A DNA stretch of 63,092 nt, counting the filler, from Kipferlia bialata (lineage: Eukaryota), in the NCBI GenBank assembly GCA_003568945.1. It is 4 parts of 4 records of this genome, joined end to end, with 100 filler letters (N's around TTAATTAATTAA, not from the genome) between each part and the next. Parts side by side here need not be neighbours in the genome. Positions count along the whole stretch, not along the records: positions 1 to 19,199 come from BDIP01000439.1; 3 more parts are not named here. The stretch is one strand, 5' to 3'. The position numbers and the translations under genes were made by a program. Positions 1 through 15,500 of the stretch are shown in pieces. The notes under the pieces were generated by a model, which saw only the letters and a list, made by a program, of their open reading frames with translations, was not told where the DNA came from and searched no databases. Positions within the stretch are counted from its first letter, which is position 1; every line of letters begins with the position of its first letter.

Positions 1-3000
1 TCATCCTCGGACCTGTCCCTCTCTGTGTGCAGTCCAGAGAGCATGGAGGCTACTACATAGGCCCCACCCTTGTCGACCACCACGCCGTCAAGTTCACTGC
101 CCAGTGTGGCTTCGTCCATCTGTACAGCCCAGAGAGGCCGCACAGGGTAGGGGGAGAGGTATGGCACCAGAGCACCAACAGCCAGATTGGGGTGTGCCCT
201 ACATACATTGTGCCACATCTGCTCTACCAGAGACAGAGGGGTACCAGGCACCAGGAGAGGGGGCAGGAGGGAGTGGGCAGTGATCAGTGCGGCATAGGTG
301 GGGGCATAGACCTGGTCCTCCTCGGTGGTACCAATGCTAGTGCGACCTACCATGGCGAATGTGTTTTCGCGCTTACACAGGAAGGTGGACTGAGATTAGT
401 TAACACAATCAGTACAATAATACTCTTACTAACTTGTGTGAATTCTCTATACACAGTGAAGCAGTTAATGGTACCTTCAGGACCAGTGTGCGGTGGGCGT
501 TGACGCGTTGCAGGTGGGGCTGACGCATGCTGAGAGTGGGGGGGCAGTCCAACCACTCCACGCAGACACCGAAGGGGTATTGCTCTGGGTCAAAATGTTG
601 ATCACCACTCTCGAGGGCTCTCTCCAATGCAGATGACATCACTCGAGGGACAGCCTATAGTCAAACAACGGCAACTACATATATACTACGAAAAATCGGC
701 ACAAGTAGATATCAGAGTATAATGTCGGCTTCCTACCCAGCCACCCCATTGTGAATCATATTTACAGTGCCGATATCTCTAATACACGATGGACTGCTCA
801 TTGTAAGAAGTGAATAAGATATGGCTGATGGGAGCAATATGATCACACGATGCAGCACTGTGCAGTAAATTATGTGAGAATACGTACAACAGATAACTCA
901 TAGGTGGTGTATCCGATCGGTCCAAACGTCTCTGAGTTGAACTCCTCTGAACGCGGTTCACGGCAGGATGCTATGCTCGATCTGACAGTGGGTAAAAGCG
1001 GAATGCAAATAGTCAGTGAAGATATACTAATATAAGTTGTATCGCCACACATCCACAACAATTGGACTGTTATGTGTGGTGTGTAAATCAAAGAATGAGA
1101 GAGAACACTCTGGATACAGTGAACAAGACGCACGTACAAGAGAGTGTTGCCAAATAGAATGCTCAGGAAGCCAGCAGTGACAGGATCCGCATGGGCTGGT
1201 TCAATTGCATCTGGGGGAACGTCACACGTCCTGGCAGTCTGGGTCAGCAGAGGCAACTATCATAAATGTAGATGGATATATCACTGAACTAACAGGGAAG
1301 AAGACAAAACGCCAGAAGCGTGGAAGGACTAGAATATCGAGGTGATATGATCACGACATCCTAGACACACGCAATGACTCAGTCTCAGTGAGTGGTTTAC
1401 TAAGCATACCTCAAGCAGTTTGGCCATTCGGCCGAAGGATGGCTCCTGACGGTGAGCATCGGATACAAAATACGTAAAATGTACTCTGTGCTGCATAATC
1501 ATACTATGTATGTACAGTGGTATCTTACCTCTGGATGGTGTTTCTCGGCCATTTCCACCACATCTTGCAAGTCCTGCAGACAGGAGCGGTCTGAAAATGA
1601 GAGGAGAAACTCACACACATACGTATACATGCAAATGTGTATATATATATACATTGGTATGAATTAGAATTTCATTATTGAGGTCGTACCATTCGCATAG
1701 AGGGTACCGATGATGGTGAAGAGTGTTGTGATGATGAGAGGTGCCACTCCCTCCCCCTCTGTGTCGTCCAGGGTGGACAATAGGTTGAAGAGGGAGGTGA
1801 GGGTCACAGGATCGGCGATGAAGGCCTGGGACTCGGGGGCTGGGATGAGTTGAAAACATTGGAAAGACAGTATTGGAAAGAATCGGGTTCTTTGATCCAA
1901 CGTAAGAGTACTACCTTGCACCAATACCCTGGCCATGTATACGACCACCTCGGCCGTGGTCTGTCCATCCTGGGTGAGTAAGGATTTCACATATATAGAA
2001 CACATGGGGAGTATGTTAGTCTATATGCCTTGTTATAGTTTGACTCTCTTACCCACCTGAGGACATGTGCTTACAGTGTCCAACACGTACTGGGGAACAC
2101 CCTCGCTATAGAGGGCAGAATCATCCTTGACTGGTGGAAGAGTGGAGTATACAGGTGTATCTAGAGACGTTCATATCTAGCGTCGTGACAAGGTCTGACT
2201 ACAAAATGAAAAGCGAGTACCAACTACTTACGTGACATCAGGAGAGCAAGGGTGGTCCCAACAAGAGCAGTGTTCTGAGTGAGTACAATAGATAAGAGCA
2301 TCAGTACTAAAAAATATCCCATATGAAGACCACAACCATCGTTCAAGCCTGACCAATTCAATACCCTCCGTACCTTTGGGTATCTGCCAATGACACCCCG
2401 GCATGCCTTGACGACTCCTGCTGCTAGAAAGGCAGCACACACCTCTGGCTCACTGGCTAGGGTGAGCACAAGTAGTGTTAAGAATCAATTAATATACTTT
2501 ACTTACCCTTCGCCATGAGGGTGAGCAGCTTGAGAGCTGGAGTCATGGACTCTAGCTCTGGGAATGCATTGAGAGCCCTAACACACAGGGTGTGCAGCTT
2601 CTTGTTGACCAACCGAGCCGACATGTCTAGGGGTGGATGGAAGATACATACTCGCACTCAACAGACGATATCTCGTCTTGGACAGAGAATAACCCCACGA
2701 TATACCCCTTACCTGGCTTCACCACCATCAGGATGGCATTGAAAGCAGCCAGGGAGACCTCCCTGCTATCAGCACTAATATACCAAACCAGAGAGGCCCT
2801 GAGTAACACGTGATACAAATGTATAGAACCTAGTGCCCATACCTGTCCTTGGTGTGGATCAGTATCAGTATCAGTATCAAATACTATGTACAACGCAATA
2901 CACACAGTAGTCTCTTAGCACCTGTCCTTGGCATGGATCAGTATCAGTATCCGTATCAAGTAATTGACCTAGTGATCATAGCATACAGTACTCATACCTG

Positions 3001-5562
3001 TCCTTTGTGTGGATTCCCATCCTGAGAGATGCTATCAGGATGTTGAGGATCTGAGTGGCATAGGAGTCAGCGGCCCGGGGGTTATCTAGGCGGTAAGAAG
3101 AGACCTCTCGGTCTATACTGTAAAGGAGTAAATAATACACACAAAGCATACCCCAGCGAAGACAGTTGCAGATCTTGTGGTTGATGTAACCAGCATGCTC
3201 GACAATGGCGGCATCCATCTTGTGTCTGGAATGTGAGTCAATATATACATATGCAGATATATATACTGTTATTAGACAATTGCCCTATGTATATAGTATA
3301 TCCACTATATAGTGTAGCGTACCTCTTCAGCACCGACCCCATGAGCTGTCTGAAGGGTATCAATGCATATAGTAGTTCAATACAATAGTATAGGATGCCA
3401 AATGATTAGACAATAGTCCATAATCACAAAGTATCGGTACATTGGAGTCGTGACAAACCTCTTCAGCACCGACCCCATGAGCTGTCTGAATGGAGTCAAT
3501 TCACATATACTAATAACACATTACCCATTATGTAGTAGCTAGTGATGTTGTACCTCTTCAGCACCGACCCCATGAGCTGTCTGAAGGGTGTAGCACAAAG
3601 AATAGGATTGGATAGAGCTGGGGGTGAGTACATACCAGGTACTAAGACTAGTACCAAGTACCGCCCAATAATGTGAGACGGATAATGATGTGGTACTACA
3701 TAAGGGGTATCATCCTTACCCGAGAATGAGAGACACCCGATAACCATGATGATGATGTTCACTGTCTTGGGGTCACAGCTGAAGTTAGCACATGTGAGAG
3801 GGAGTGGTCCCCTGCTGTATGTGGGGGCATATGTAGGCAGATGCACATAGCGTGGCATGAACAATCTCATATCTGCGTGTTAAGAAGGTTATGGAAACTA
3901 CGTACTCTGGCGACTCGTGCTCGTCCCTGAGCGTGTCCATTAGTACAGTCAGTGCACCACCCTCAGATATGCACCCATCCATGATGATCTTGTCTGGGGT
4001 GAGGCTGAAGTCCCATTATTCACACTCAACAGAATGTAAATACTACACTGGATTATACAAACTGTCACTATGGGCGTGTCGATACTGTAACTCATTCATG
4101 AATGGCTGAATAGTCGAAAGTGTCTGTTCAGTTGCATTAATGTCACGTACTGAGTCTCTCTGTCTCTGCCTTGTGCTTGGGGTTGTCTCTGCACACATGG
4201 TCACCTGGGGTAAGACACTGATACTGACACCATATACAATAGATGTGAAATACTAGACCATACTTCTAAAAGGCATTAATCAATGCTTATGAATACCGAC
4301 TAATGGCCTTGCGGCCCCAAAGTCTATTTATACAATATATACAGTACGCTCAAGCTATTCATAGGTCAATATGGCGTTGAGTGCCCACCTCATGCAGTAC
4401 TATCTCATTCAATAGAAGACTATGACACACTGATATTAGTACTATATAAATACACTGATATTAGTACTATTTATAAACTGATAATCGTACTATTATACAC
4501 TGATATTAGTACTATATATACACTGATACTAGTACTATCTATACCTGCGATTATGGCCTTGAGGGACCATAGTGTCGTACGGACCCCCAGTGGGGTGCAT
4601 ATCTAGGTTCAGGAGCACAGAAAATGAGCACCAAACACACACGAACACAATCTACAGAAAACAAGGATAATGCAGTCTATATATACTATCTATATATACT
4701 TATATATACTTCCACTAATGAGTGAAGGATGTACCTTCTCCTTCAGAATCTCGAGAAGAACACGGTGAATGTTCTCTGCGTAGAGACCGTATGCGCCTGG
4801 GACATAAGGCGTGAAATATATTAATAGTAAGAATAATTATAAGACAATAGATATGAGGCAAAAGGTATTGATCATGCCCAAGCACAAAGTATCACAGAGG
4901 CAGAAGATACTAGGCCTAGCAAACTGGCGTAGTACGTTGTGTATGATTGGATCTCATGAATAGAGGAGCGACAGTGAGGTTACCTATATAATAGAGAATC
5001 TACTGGAGTATATAGCAATCGAGAGCGATACATTAAACAACATATACACTAAATATTATATGTACATACTCACCAGCACTGACATAGTCCCAGTACACAA
5101 GATATGGAATATACATGATACAGTATACAATATGTAATATATAGTATATATACACCCTCACCAGCACTGACATATTCCATGTAACTGACATTAAGTATAT
5201 ATTATTATATACAATATAGTTATACAATTAATACATCTTATAAATAGATACTCACCGGCACTGACATAGTCCATGTAACTAGGCTCGGTGAACTGGTCCG
5301 CGGGGAACATACTGGGTGAGGATAGAGAGGCAGAATGGTTTGGGCGGGGGGGGATAATAGAAGTATAATACATAGTAATAGTAATAATAGTAATATGTAC
5401 AATACAACAATACCTCATTACTGGGTCACCCGCCAGTCTCTGGTGGAAGCTTATAACGTCAATCCTCTTCTGCCTGTCTCCAAAGCCATCCTGAGGGTGA
5501 GAGGAGGGGTGGGAGACTTACAATTCGGGGGGGGGGGGGGGGGGGGGGAAAAAAAAAAAAAA

Positions 5563-5595
<33 letters not shown>

Positions 5596-6369
5596 TCATA
5601 AGAGAGAGAGAAAGAGTACTTGTCCATGTTGAGCGCGATTGACTAATTGAGAGAGAGATTCTCTCAGGGAAAAACAGAGAGAGAAGGACAGAGAGAGAGA
5701 AAGACACTCCCCTCCTACTATCAGTGCATTCGTGACACCTCCTCAGGGTCGAGACAGACAGACAGACAGGGAGGGAGATAGAGAGAGAGAGAAGGAGAGA
5801 GAGAATGAGAGAGGTTACGAGACAGACAGAGAGACAGGGAGGGAGAGAGAGAGAGAGCATACCTTTTCAGGGTCAAAGCAGTATGTAGCACCCCGCTCGA
5901 AGTATCTGCAATGATTGGTGCCTATTTTCCAGAACTGGAGCACCAAGTAGCAGCGGTTGTCGAGGGTGAACCAGAGGTGAGTGTCACTCTCTCCGGTCTT
6001 GGCACTGGAGTCTGGACCAGGTAAGGAAGCGCGGAACGAGGAACTGGGAGAGCGATCAAGGGGTACACAGGTTACTTCTGTCCCCTGGTACCGGTATATG
6101 ACACCACCTACACACCACAAGGCATCATACGATCCATTCCAGCGGGTGGTACACCATTCAATTTCTTCCTCTTCCACTTTGTGGATGACCTCTTGTCTGA
6201 TGGAGCCGTCTTCTAGGAGGGTGTCTGTCCTAAGGCACGACCCACTGTAGTCACCGTACAGGAGAGAGTCGTGTCCAATGCCATCCAGGAAGAGATAGGC
6301 GTCTCTCGTTTCAGCAAGGACCTTGTTGGTCTCGCACTCCTCAACGAACACAGTTAGCTTCTTCACCAT
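1..6369 (-). CDS. Large multi-exon hypothetical protein, probably ARM/HEAT-like helical repeats in the C-terminal two-thirds; runs off the left edge
   Basis: Proposed ATG at 6369 opens a long first exon (MVKKLTVFVEECETNK...CFDPEK|gtatg). GT-AG exons then chain in phase: ...AYGLYAENIHRVLLEILKEK|ICTPLGVRTTLWSLKAIIA|GDHVCRDNPKHKAETERL|NKIIMDGCISEGGALTVLMDTLRDEHESPE|...ALSNPILCATPFRQLMGSVLKR|HKMDAAIVEHAGYINHKICNCLRW... The exon at 1-389 (STFLCKRENTFAMVGRTSIG...) stays open to the edge. The fold call rests on amphipathic helical patterns only. Confidence 0.6.
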
Positions 6370-7362
6370 TGACAGAGCCAGATGGGAGGGCAAGGAGTAG
6401 TGTTTAGAGGTTATGGACCCCGAAATAAGGGATGCGATACAGAGATAGGATGCCGAAATGTATGGATATATCCGGTGAAGAATCGGAGACCGTTTCAGTC
6501 CGATCGGAGATGCCGTTCGATGGGTTTCTAATGCAGTATCAGTATCAAGAATTTATTGTGTTTATGGGAGGTATGGTGTTGATCTTTCTCCCTCTGTGGC
6601 CCGGTTATTGGCTCCGTTCTCCCCTTGTGGCACAAGATCCTGACAAACACGAGTTCTTGAGATTAAGGGTGCAGGTGAACAAGTACAAACTCGCTTTCTC
6701 TCACCACACCCTGTTCAGACTGGCATGTGGAGTACGTTCAAGGAAGGCCACGGGCCGTGGATGTGCTGGGTGGGGGGCCCCCACTGGGGGCCCTGCCCTT
6801 CCCGCAGGCACCTCCCTTGTGACTGGGGGCGACGCCCTACGCCACTTACTCAGCAATATGACGCGAAGTAGTAACAAAATACTATATTTTGATAATATAC
6901 AATGAAACAAAGCATTTTAGCTCTCCCCGACCTGTCTCTGCCCGTAGACAGGGTGGTTAGGGTGATAACCAGGGATCCCAGACTGGGAGGGGAGGACGCG
7001 TGGGTGGGGGATGTGGTGGACGGCGTGTATTAGAGAGAGAGAGAGTACTACTACCAACAACTGCCAGCAGGCGCTCTGCTAGCCCTCTGAGGTGACTAAA
7101 GTCTTACACGTTGTATCAGTGTATGTCCCTCTTTGTTACAAAGAGGCTCTTTGTACCTCTAGCATACAGTTTGAATTGATACTTTCCTCGTCGCGTCTTG
7201 GCAACAATCTAGAATAGATATGAAAATGAAATTATGAGTGGTTGGATCATCAAATGTCATGGTGTGCCATATACTGGTACATGTGATCTCTATGATTTAC
7301 TGATTCTCTTTCGTCTCCCTAATTCACATTCCTCTACTTTAGGAGGTTTCTGAGCTTTGCGT

Positions 7363-9443
7363 TCATAAACACTCCTCTCTCTCTCTCCCTGTCAGGTCCT
7401 AGACCTGTCCCTCCTAGGCCACCCCTGGCTGTGTACAGTCTGACATGAGTGCAAGTATCAATGAACGAATACTATTTACATGCACTACTATATATATACA
7501 TGCACTACTATACAAACAGTATCTAATCGTTACCTAGCCAATGTCCTTACTATGACCTCGGTATTAATACATGATATGGAATGGAATGATGTGTTCTACG
7601 GTATCACCTAGCCAAATTTCTTACTCAGTAGGCATTCCCTTTCCAACAAATACTAGGACAACTACAAATAGACTTAGTCTATATAGTACATATTGTCCAT
7701 TATTACCTAGCCAGAGTCCTGACCAGCTCCTCCGAGGGTTCCATGCTGACAACGACATCAGACGCCATGGCGGCACACCTAGAGTGAGACTATCAATACA
7801 TCAAATAATATGATACTATAGGTAATCTCTGTCATGATAGTGTTATACATACGACATCAGACGCCATGGCGGCACACCTGGAATGAGATGCAATATCATG
7901 AATATATACGATCGTATCTACCAAGGCGTGGCACTCAGCATCAGCCTGATCAGTGCACATTGTATATACAAACACACTCTATACATTGATACTTCGGTAC
8001 TATACTTACAGCATATATATATATATACCTAGGCGTAGCACTGAGCATCAGCCTGATCAGTGCTCATTGTATACAAATCCAGTCATATACTTATACTGAT
8101 GCTATTCTATACATATGTGAGCCAATGTATCGCATCTACCTGGGCGTGGCGCTGAGCATCAGCCTGATCAGTGCCTGCTGGAGGGGGAACGAGTGCATAC
8201 AGGGGTGCTTGACACTTGGCGCCATGTTGCACACACAGACTAGCACCGCGTAGATTAGGGAGTCGGCGTGTGGCTCTGTTTTATCTGCGCACCCCTCGCA
8301 TATCTCTGCCACCTAAGCATCAGGCTGAGCAATGCTCATTATCAATATATTCATACCTATACTGATGCTATACTATACATATCTCTGCCACCTTGAGTCT
8401 GATGAATATACAGTATAGGTATAGAATATAATATGCAATACATAATACATAATATATAATATATATAATATATATAATATACTATACATGTCATCAGCCA
8501 CCTTGAGTCTGATGAATATACAATACAGTATAGGTATATAATGTATATATTTATATATGCTATAACAAATATATATACATATATACTATACATATATTAT
8601 ATATACTGTACATATCTGAGCCACCTTGAGTCTGATTGTGTCCCTGTCCCTGGCCTCCTCTGGGTCGATAGAGGCACTCATGGACTCTAGACGTGCACTG
8701 GCATGGGATCTGAGAGGTTAGACAAAGAAGGCATCTTCACAACTTTTCTGGATATATATATATTCATAGACAGATGATATAGAGGCACTCATCGACTCTA
8801 GTCGTGCACTGGCACTAGACCTATGATAATCTTCCCATAAACATTGTATATATAGAGAGAGATATATAACAGATGAAGAGCCACTCCTGTCGTGCTCTGG
8901 CACTAGATCTTAGGTTATATGTATTATACACATTGATATGTATGCTCACAAATGTAAATTGAAATGCGTTCCCCACCTAGCCATTGAGGGAGATATAGGG
9001 ACTGAGAGTGCAGCCAAGAGTGACTCATGCACAGATATCGAAGTATATATATAGAAAGGGAGAGAGTCCTGGTCTAGATATATATACCTTGCCACTGAGG
9101 GTGAGAATGGCACAGACAGTGCAGCCAGGAGTGACACCACATGCTCTGAGACGGCAGTGAGCTCAGACACAATGGTATCCACAGCATCTGGGGATACCAC
9201 TGTATTGCCCTCATCGTCCATCCTGTCCTGGTGCCAGCGGTGAGTCAGAGGGGTAAAGTGACTACTTACTATATACTAATTGTATATATATATATATACA
9301 TATATACGTATACTATATACTGATTATACATATATACATGTATATACACATATAACTATATATATATACAAACTCGTCATCCATCCTGTACTGGTGCCAG
9401 CGGTGAGTCAGAGGGGTAAACTATCCACTAATACACTTACTCA

Positions 9444-9500
<57 letters not shown>

Positions 9501-12500
9501 ACGTATACAAAGACCCTGTCCTGGTGCCAGCGGCGAGTCAGAGGGATACCAAATGAAAGAACATACTACAGAAAGTAACTAGAGTTGAGGCTCAAGAGAA
9601 CCCACCACTTCTCCAACTCATACAATGAAGAGTCATGCAGATGTATACCTATGGAAGTCCAAGTGTCCATCACTGTGCAGCACTGCCTCCAGTGACTGTA
9701 CACTCCCACCAGAGTAGACAGTGTTGGCCATCAGCTGCAGGCACCTGATCTGTTGGTTAGCTCACGGGATACTTGCTCCACGATTATGCCGAAGAGTGTA
9801 ATACCTGCACTGAAGGGTGTGAAACAGACATATATACTTATACATATACACAAATTGTAAATTGAATATATATAATATTGTATATATTGTATTGTGTATA
9901 TATTTATATATAAGGATTATATAGATAATCTCCCACCTGTACAGGGTGGTGTCCTCGGTGGATTAAGCATATATACATAAATATACATAGTGTATCTATA
10001 TATGGATTATGTATACATTCACCCACCTGTACTGGGTGGTGTGGATTAGACATACTTATACAAACATATATATATAGTGTGTCTATATCTATAAGGCGCT
10101 TATCAAGTATAGTACCTGCACTGGGTGGTGTGGACTAGCCAGTAGTGACATCAGCAGTGTCCCTAGGGGTCCAGAGGAAGGTGGCAGAGTGGCCCTCCAG
10201 CCCTGGTGTCAGTATATCATCGTGTAGGAAAATATTGCGTTGAAGGCTCTTTCTTCATAGTAATGCATCGTGTAGTAATGTAATGTACCGCGTAGGACCT
10301 GCAGTCCATCTGCCACCAAGCTCCATGTAGGTGAATACTGCGTAGACGAGTCTCTAAAGTACTGCATCATGTCGAGTAATGTACCGTGTAGAATCTTCTT
10401 ACCTGCAGCCCATCTGCCACCATACTCCATGCCGGTGCAGAGTTAAAAGGCTGTATCAGAGAGGGCATGTCTGTCAGGAGTGTCACTCTGTCCCCCTTGG
10501 TTGTCTTGATGATGGCATGGGACAGGGCAAAGACAGTGGCCTCACACAATGGTGGGTCTCCGTCTACGGTTAGTGTTGATGTATGTATGTATGGGGAGAG
10601 CGTAGGTGCATATAGTATGGCAAGAGGATGTTGATGGTATGGGACAGGGTAAAGACTGTAGCTTCACAGAGAGAGGTAACCACCAAGAGTTAGGATGTAT
10701 ATATATCAGAACAGAGAGCATTTGGGTGTGTAGAGAGGGGTCTCCGAATGTGATGCAGAGAGGGAGTGTAAGAGTGGAAATAGCAAGTCACCTGGCAGTG
10801 ACTCTGTGTAAGCAATGTGTCCCAGAGCTGCCACCAGAGGCACACTCTGTATGTTCTGAGTGTTGCCTGATACTGATACACTCTGAGTGTTCTGAGTGTT
10901 GCCGTCTGTGCTTGGGAGGCTGGTGGGCATGTGGTACCGGACCTTGAGGGACCTGGCGTCAGAATACATCAGACTAACCCATATCATATATAGAAGACTA
11001 CTAGTCAGTGTAGTACATGCCATATATACAAACGTCATCTGTACCATTACTAATTGGTAGTGTATATATAGTAGTGTATGTATGGTAGCAAATATGGTAA
11101 TGGACTTGAGCGCCACAATATCTGAGTGTATTGATAGAGACATAATACACACTGTATATTATACACGATGTCTATACCTTAGTGCCTGGCTCTTTGACGA
11201 CACCGGTGTCAGCAGGTTACACAGTACCCGCATGGCCTCTGTCCTCACTCTCAGCCACTGTCTACTGCTGTTACTCTCCTCTCTCCCTCTCCCTCTCCCT
11301 CTCTCCATACCCCTTCCTCTCCCACTTACAGCTAGGCCTACCACGGCTTGTACAATGTCATCACTCAGGGGATCATTAAGAAGCCTAGAGTTAAGAGTAG
11401 CAATATATACATACTAGAGTCACATGCACCTACTGATACGACTAAGTAACAACCTACTCCCAAATAGAGTATATATATCATACAGTATAAATATATTATT
11501 GTGCATATATATCAATAATTGTAACTAACCTAGCCACGTTGTGGGTCAGGTTCCGGCAGCATATGAGGGACCCTAGTACCAAGGTGGTGTAGTCAGACCT
11601 GGGGTTTGAGTAACACGTCACAAATGTTGTATGTATTAAGAACATACATATGTGCCAAGTATACAAACTGTTCAATTGTCACATACGAACCTGAGGGTGG
11701 TGAGAAGTGTCTCCTGGAATCTGCCCATTGGGGTATGTGACCCTGCTACACCTCCACCACCCACAGACAGGGAGAGGGAGAGGGAGGGTGGGAGGAGGGG
11801 GTGGGAGAGTACAGAGCCGAGGGCGCTCAGGAGGTGGAACCTACGCAGTGAGTAGAGTTGTGTGTAGGGAGAGAGATCTACTCGATGCGTACCTCGGTGC
11901 TAGTGGGATCGATGGTGCACACACTCTGTCGATGATCGAGTTGTGGATGCCGGCCTCAACCACCAGTGCCCTGACTCTACATGTCAGATACATCGGAACA
12001 TATACACACATATATATATATGCCAGTGCCCTGACTATAGAGGTATCAGATGTATTACACACACAACCAATATATACTTCTATACTTATACTATATATAC
12101 ATAGGCCTCAACCACCAGTGCCCTGACTCTATACATCAGAGACATCAGAACACAAACATGAGTATAGGTATATATATATGAGGTATTAGATGTGTCAGAT
12201 GTATCAGCACCAATACCCCAGATGACTATGGCTATAGAAATGATACAGTATCAGTGAATCAAAAGGATCTACAAAGTGTTACATACCTGGGCTCTACACA
12301 TAGAATATTAGTTAGAATAGAATGATAGTATCAGTGACACTCCTACAATATATGTGTCTTGTCATTTACCTGGGCTCCGCACATAGCTCAGAGAGCACTC
12401 TGGCCGTCCGTGGCATCAGGAGCTGACGTCAAACAACAACGCTACGCGATATGCTGATTGGACAGGGAGTACAATACCTCATTGTTGAGCCCCCTCTGTA

Positions 12501-15500
12501 GTAGTGGCGCTGCCTCTCTCAGGAGTCTGTCCCACTCCCTGTCAGAGGCCTCAGCAACCTGAAGATAAGTGTATGTATACGTTGTATACTATATATAGAG
12601 TATATNNNNNNNNNNNNNNNNNNNNNNNNNNNNNNNNNNNNNNNNNTATATAGAGTATATATATAGTGGCGCTGCCTCTCTCAGTAGTCTGTCCCACTCT
12701 CGGTCAGAGGCCTCAGCAACCTATAGGTAAGGATACACTCACATATATATATTATCTATATGTAGTTGGTTAGTATATATACACAAATATACTTATTATC
12801 TATATGTAGTTGGTATACATATAATAGATAGATAGTACAAGTATGTCCCTTCCTGTCAGAGGCATCGGCAACCTATAGGTAAGTGTATACATACAATGCA
12901 TATATAAATAGTGTAGTATATAGTATATATATAAAATATATATATTGATAGAATAAGTCTGTCCCACGCCCGGTCAGAGGCCTCGGCCAACTAGTCTGTT
13001 AGTTGACATCTATATACTATCCATATAATTAGTATAAATAGAGCTGGTATAACAGTCTGCCCCCTCACGGTCAGAGGCCTCTGCAACCTGACAATTAGCA
13101 CGGACATAGTATAGACTACACACTCTAAAATACATAGGATTACAAAAGAAGAGAAGACATGCCAACTGTGACACGCTTGGGCGACCTGTTAACATGTACC
13201 ACTACAGTACATCATACTACGTACAACAGTAGTCTCGCACTACCCTCTAACCTCTCTCTGCCTACTAGTATTAGAGCTCTCAGTGTCAGTGGCGACGTCA
13301 GCCAGAACCTGCACAAGCACCTGGGATCAAACCGCGTCGAAAGAGAATGTATGCATCTACTCTGATAGTGTAGTCTCACCTGTCTCGCCCCCTCTCTCAT
13401 CTCCCTCTCCCTCTCACTAGCCGCACCTCGGGATCTATCCCCGCCATTGAGAGAGGAACCCGATACAGAAAGCAGTGGCTGTACCTGTAGGGTCAGTAGA
13501 GAGTATATAAATGTATGAAGACACCGTCTGGAGAATATCGTGTAGAAATGTACTATAACGCGTACCTGCCCTATCTGTGCGATATGTGTATACTGTGTAG
13601 AATCCACAACCATCGTGTAGCTGTATTATACCTGCCCTGTCTGTGCTATGTCCCCTCTGATCTTGAGCATGTACCTCCCCAAGAGTACAAGTTCTATCTT
13701 GAGGTTGTCTGGTGCACGGTGCATCAGCTGGGTCAGGGTCCTGATAGGTTAGTATACAGCATATATAGTACAAGAGTTACTAGCATAGTAATATGTATAT
13801 CTGCATGTCAGGGGCACGGTGCATCAGCTGGGTCAAGGTCCTAGAGTTAGAGTATAGTGAATAACTGAGTGGTATATATTTACATATCAATATATATACA
13901 GTGTATATGGTTTCCGGTACATCAGCTGTACGGTTAGAGTATAGTGTGCACTATAGGAACACATATGCAGTTTACTAGGAGAGAGGTCGAGCGCCTTCAC
14001 TAGTGTGTTGAATGACAGCACTAATATACACCAGTGCATATATGGTATGTATATATATATATAATTACCTAGGAGAGAGACCCAACACTTCCACCAGTGT
14101 GTTGAGTGACAGTGGCAGTACATACATATATATACATAACTATATCGTGGATATATATAGACAAAGTACCTAGGGGAGAGGTCCAACACTTCTACTAGTA
14201 TGTTGAGTGACAGAGGCAGTACATACATGTATGTATACATATATATATATGTGAGTGTGTGTGGTGTATATATATATATAGAATACCTTGGAGACAAGTC
14301 TAGCACTTCTACTAGTGTGTTGAGTGACAGGGGCAGTGTTCCTAGGAAGCGGCACAGAGCCCTGCATGCCCATGCGCCCACTGCCACAGGATATGAGTGC
14401 AGAGTGTTGAGCACAGCAATGGCAGCACTGTACAGTCAGTGTAAACATAATACGAATGTATATATATATGGTAATACACAAATACAATAGAATACATAAA
14501 TAGAATACATACACATGTACCTGCACAGTGCATCAGTCAATATATACATAATGAATCAGTATATTGGTATCAGTATATCAGATACTGTCAGCATGATACT
14601 GATGTATACATATACATGTACCTGCACAGTGCATCAGTCAGTGGATGGGTCAGTCTCACTCTGACATGTAATAGTACAACACAGTGCATCAGTCAGTGGA
14701 TGGGTCAGTCTCACTCTGACATGTAATAGTACAATATATGTATCAATGTATGTATAATGCGTATATAAATGTATTAGTAGTATGTATATATTATATATAT
14801 ACCTACACAGTGCATCTGTGAGTGGGTGGGTCAGTCTCACTCTGTCTTTATATAATATATAATAATATATATATAATAATAGTATTATATATATATATAT
14901 ATATGTATAATATAATATAATATATATACATATACTACATATATATGTACCTGCACAGTGCATCTGTCAATGGATGGGTCAGTCTCACTCTGACATGGGC
15001 GTTCTCTCTCTCTCTCTCCTTCCCACCCTCGCAGGTGCACTCTTCCAGCACCACTAGCACCTCAGGCAGAACCTGGAAGTAAGGCCTCATATGAATCGCG
15101 TTATTCAATATTAGTATTCTATCTATAGTAAGTCGCGTCATTCTATGTTGAAGCCCTACCTGGAAGACCAGGCCTACAAGGAGCACGTCTCTCTCTCTCC
15201 CTGTCTCTATCTCTCCATCTATGCTGATGGGGACAAGGGATGATAGGGTGTGGGGACAGTACCCGAAGGAGGGCTCGGCCTACAGATGAGTTGGGATACA
15301 CATATTGAAAACAGATATATACGTTCATGTAACTACACATTGACAGATATAGTCTGGAAGGAGTAGCCAAAGATGGGCTCGGCCTGATGTGTGAATAGCA
15401 ATAGAAATCATGTATATGAATATATATATATATATCTATATACATATATCCCGAGAGTGGGTGGCACGTACATGTGTGTATAAGGAGAATACGCGCTATG

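Noticed and set aside
27..503. 158-aa plus-strand ORF
   Set aside because: It is the antisense shadow of the minus-strand exon 1-389, which has a proper acceptor and is in phase with the upstream exon.
5527..5595. Long poly-G/poly-A runs (also near 50645-50710, 57710-57756 and 63052-63074) as G-quadruplex or retro-insertion signals
   Set aside because: They fall in introns or at contig ends, and homopolymer lengths are unreliable; most likely low-quality sequence.
6432..6905. 157-aa plus-strand ORF
   Set aside because: No recognisable motif, patchy composition and no supporting splice structure; not enough support to call a gene.
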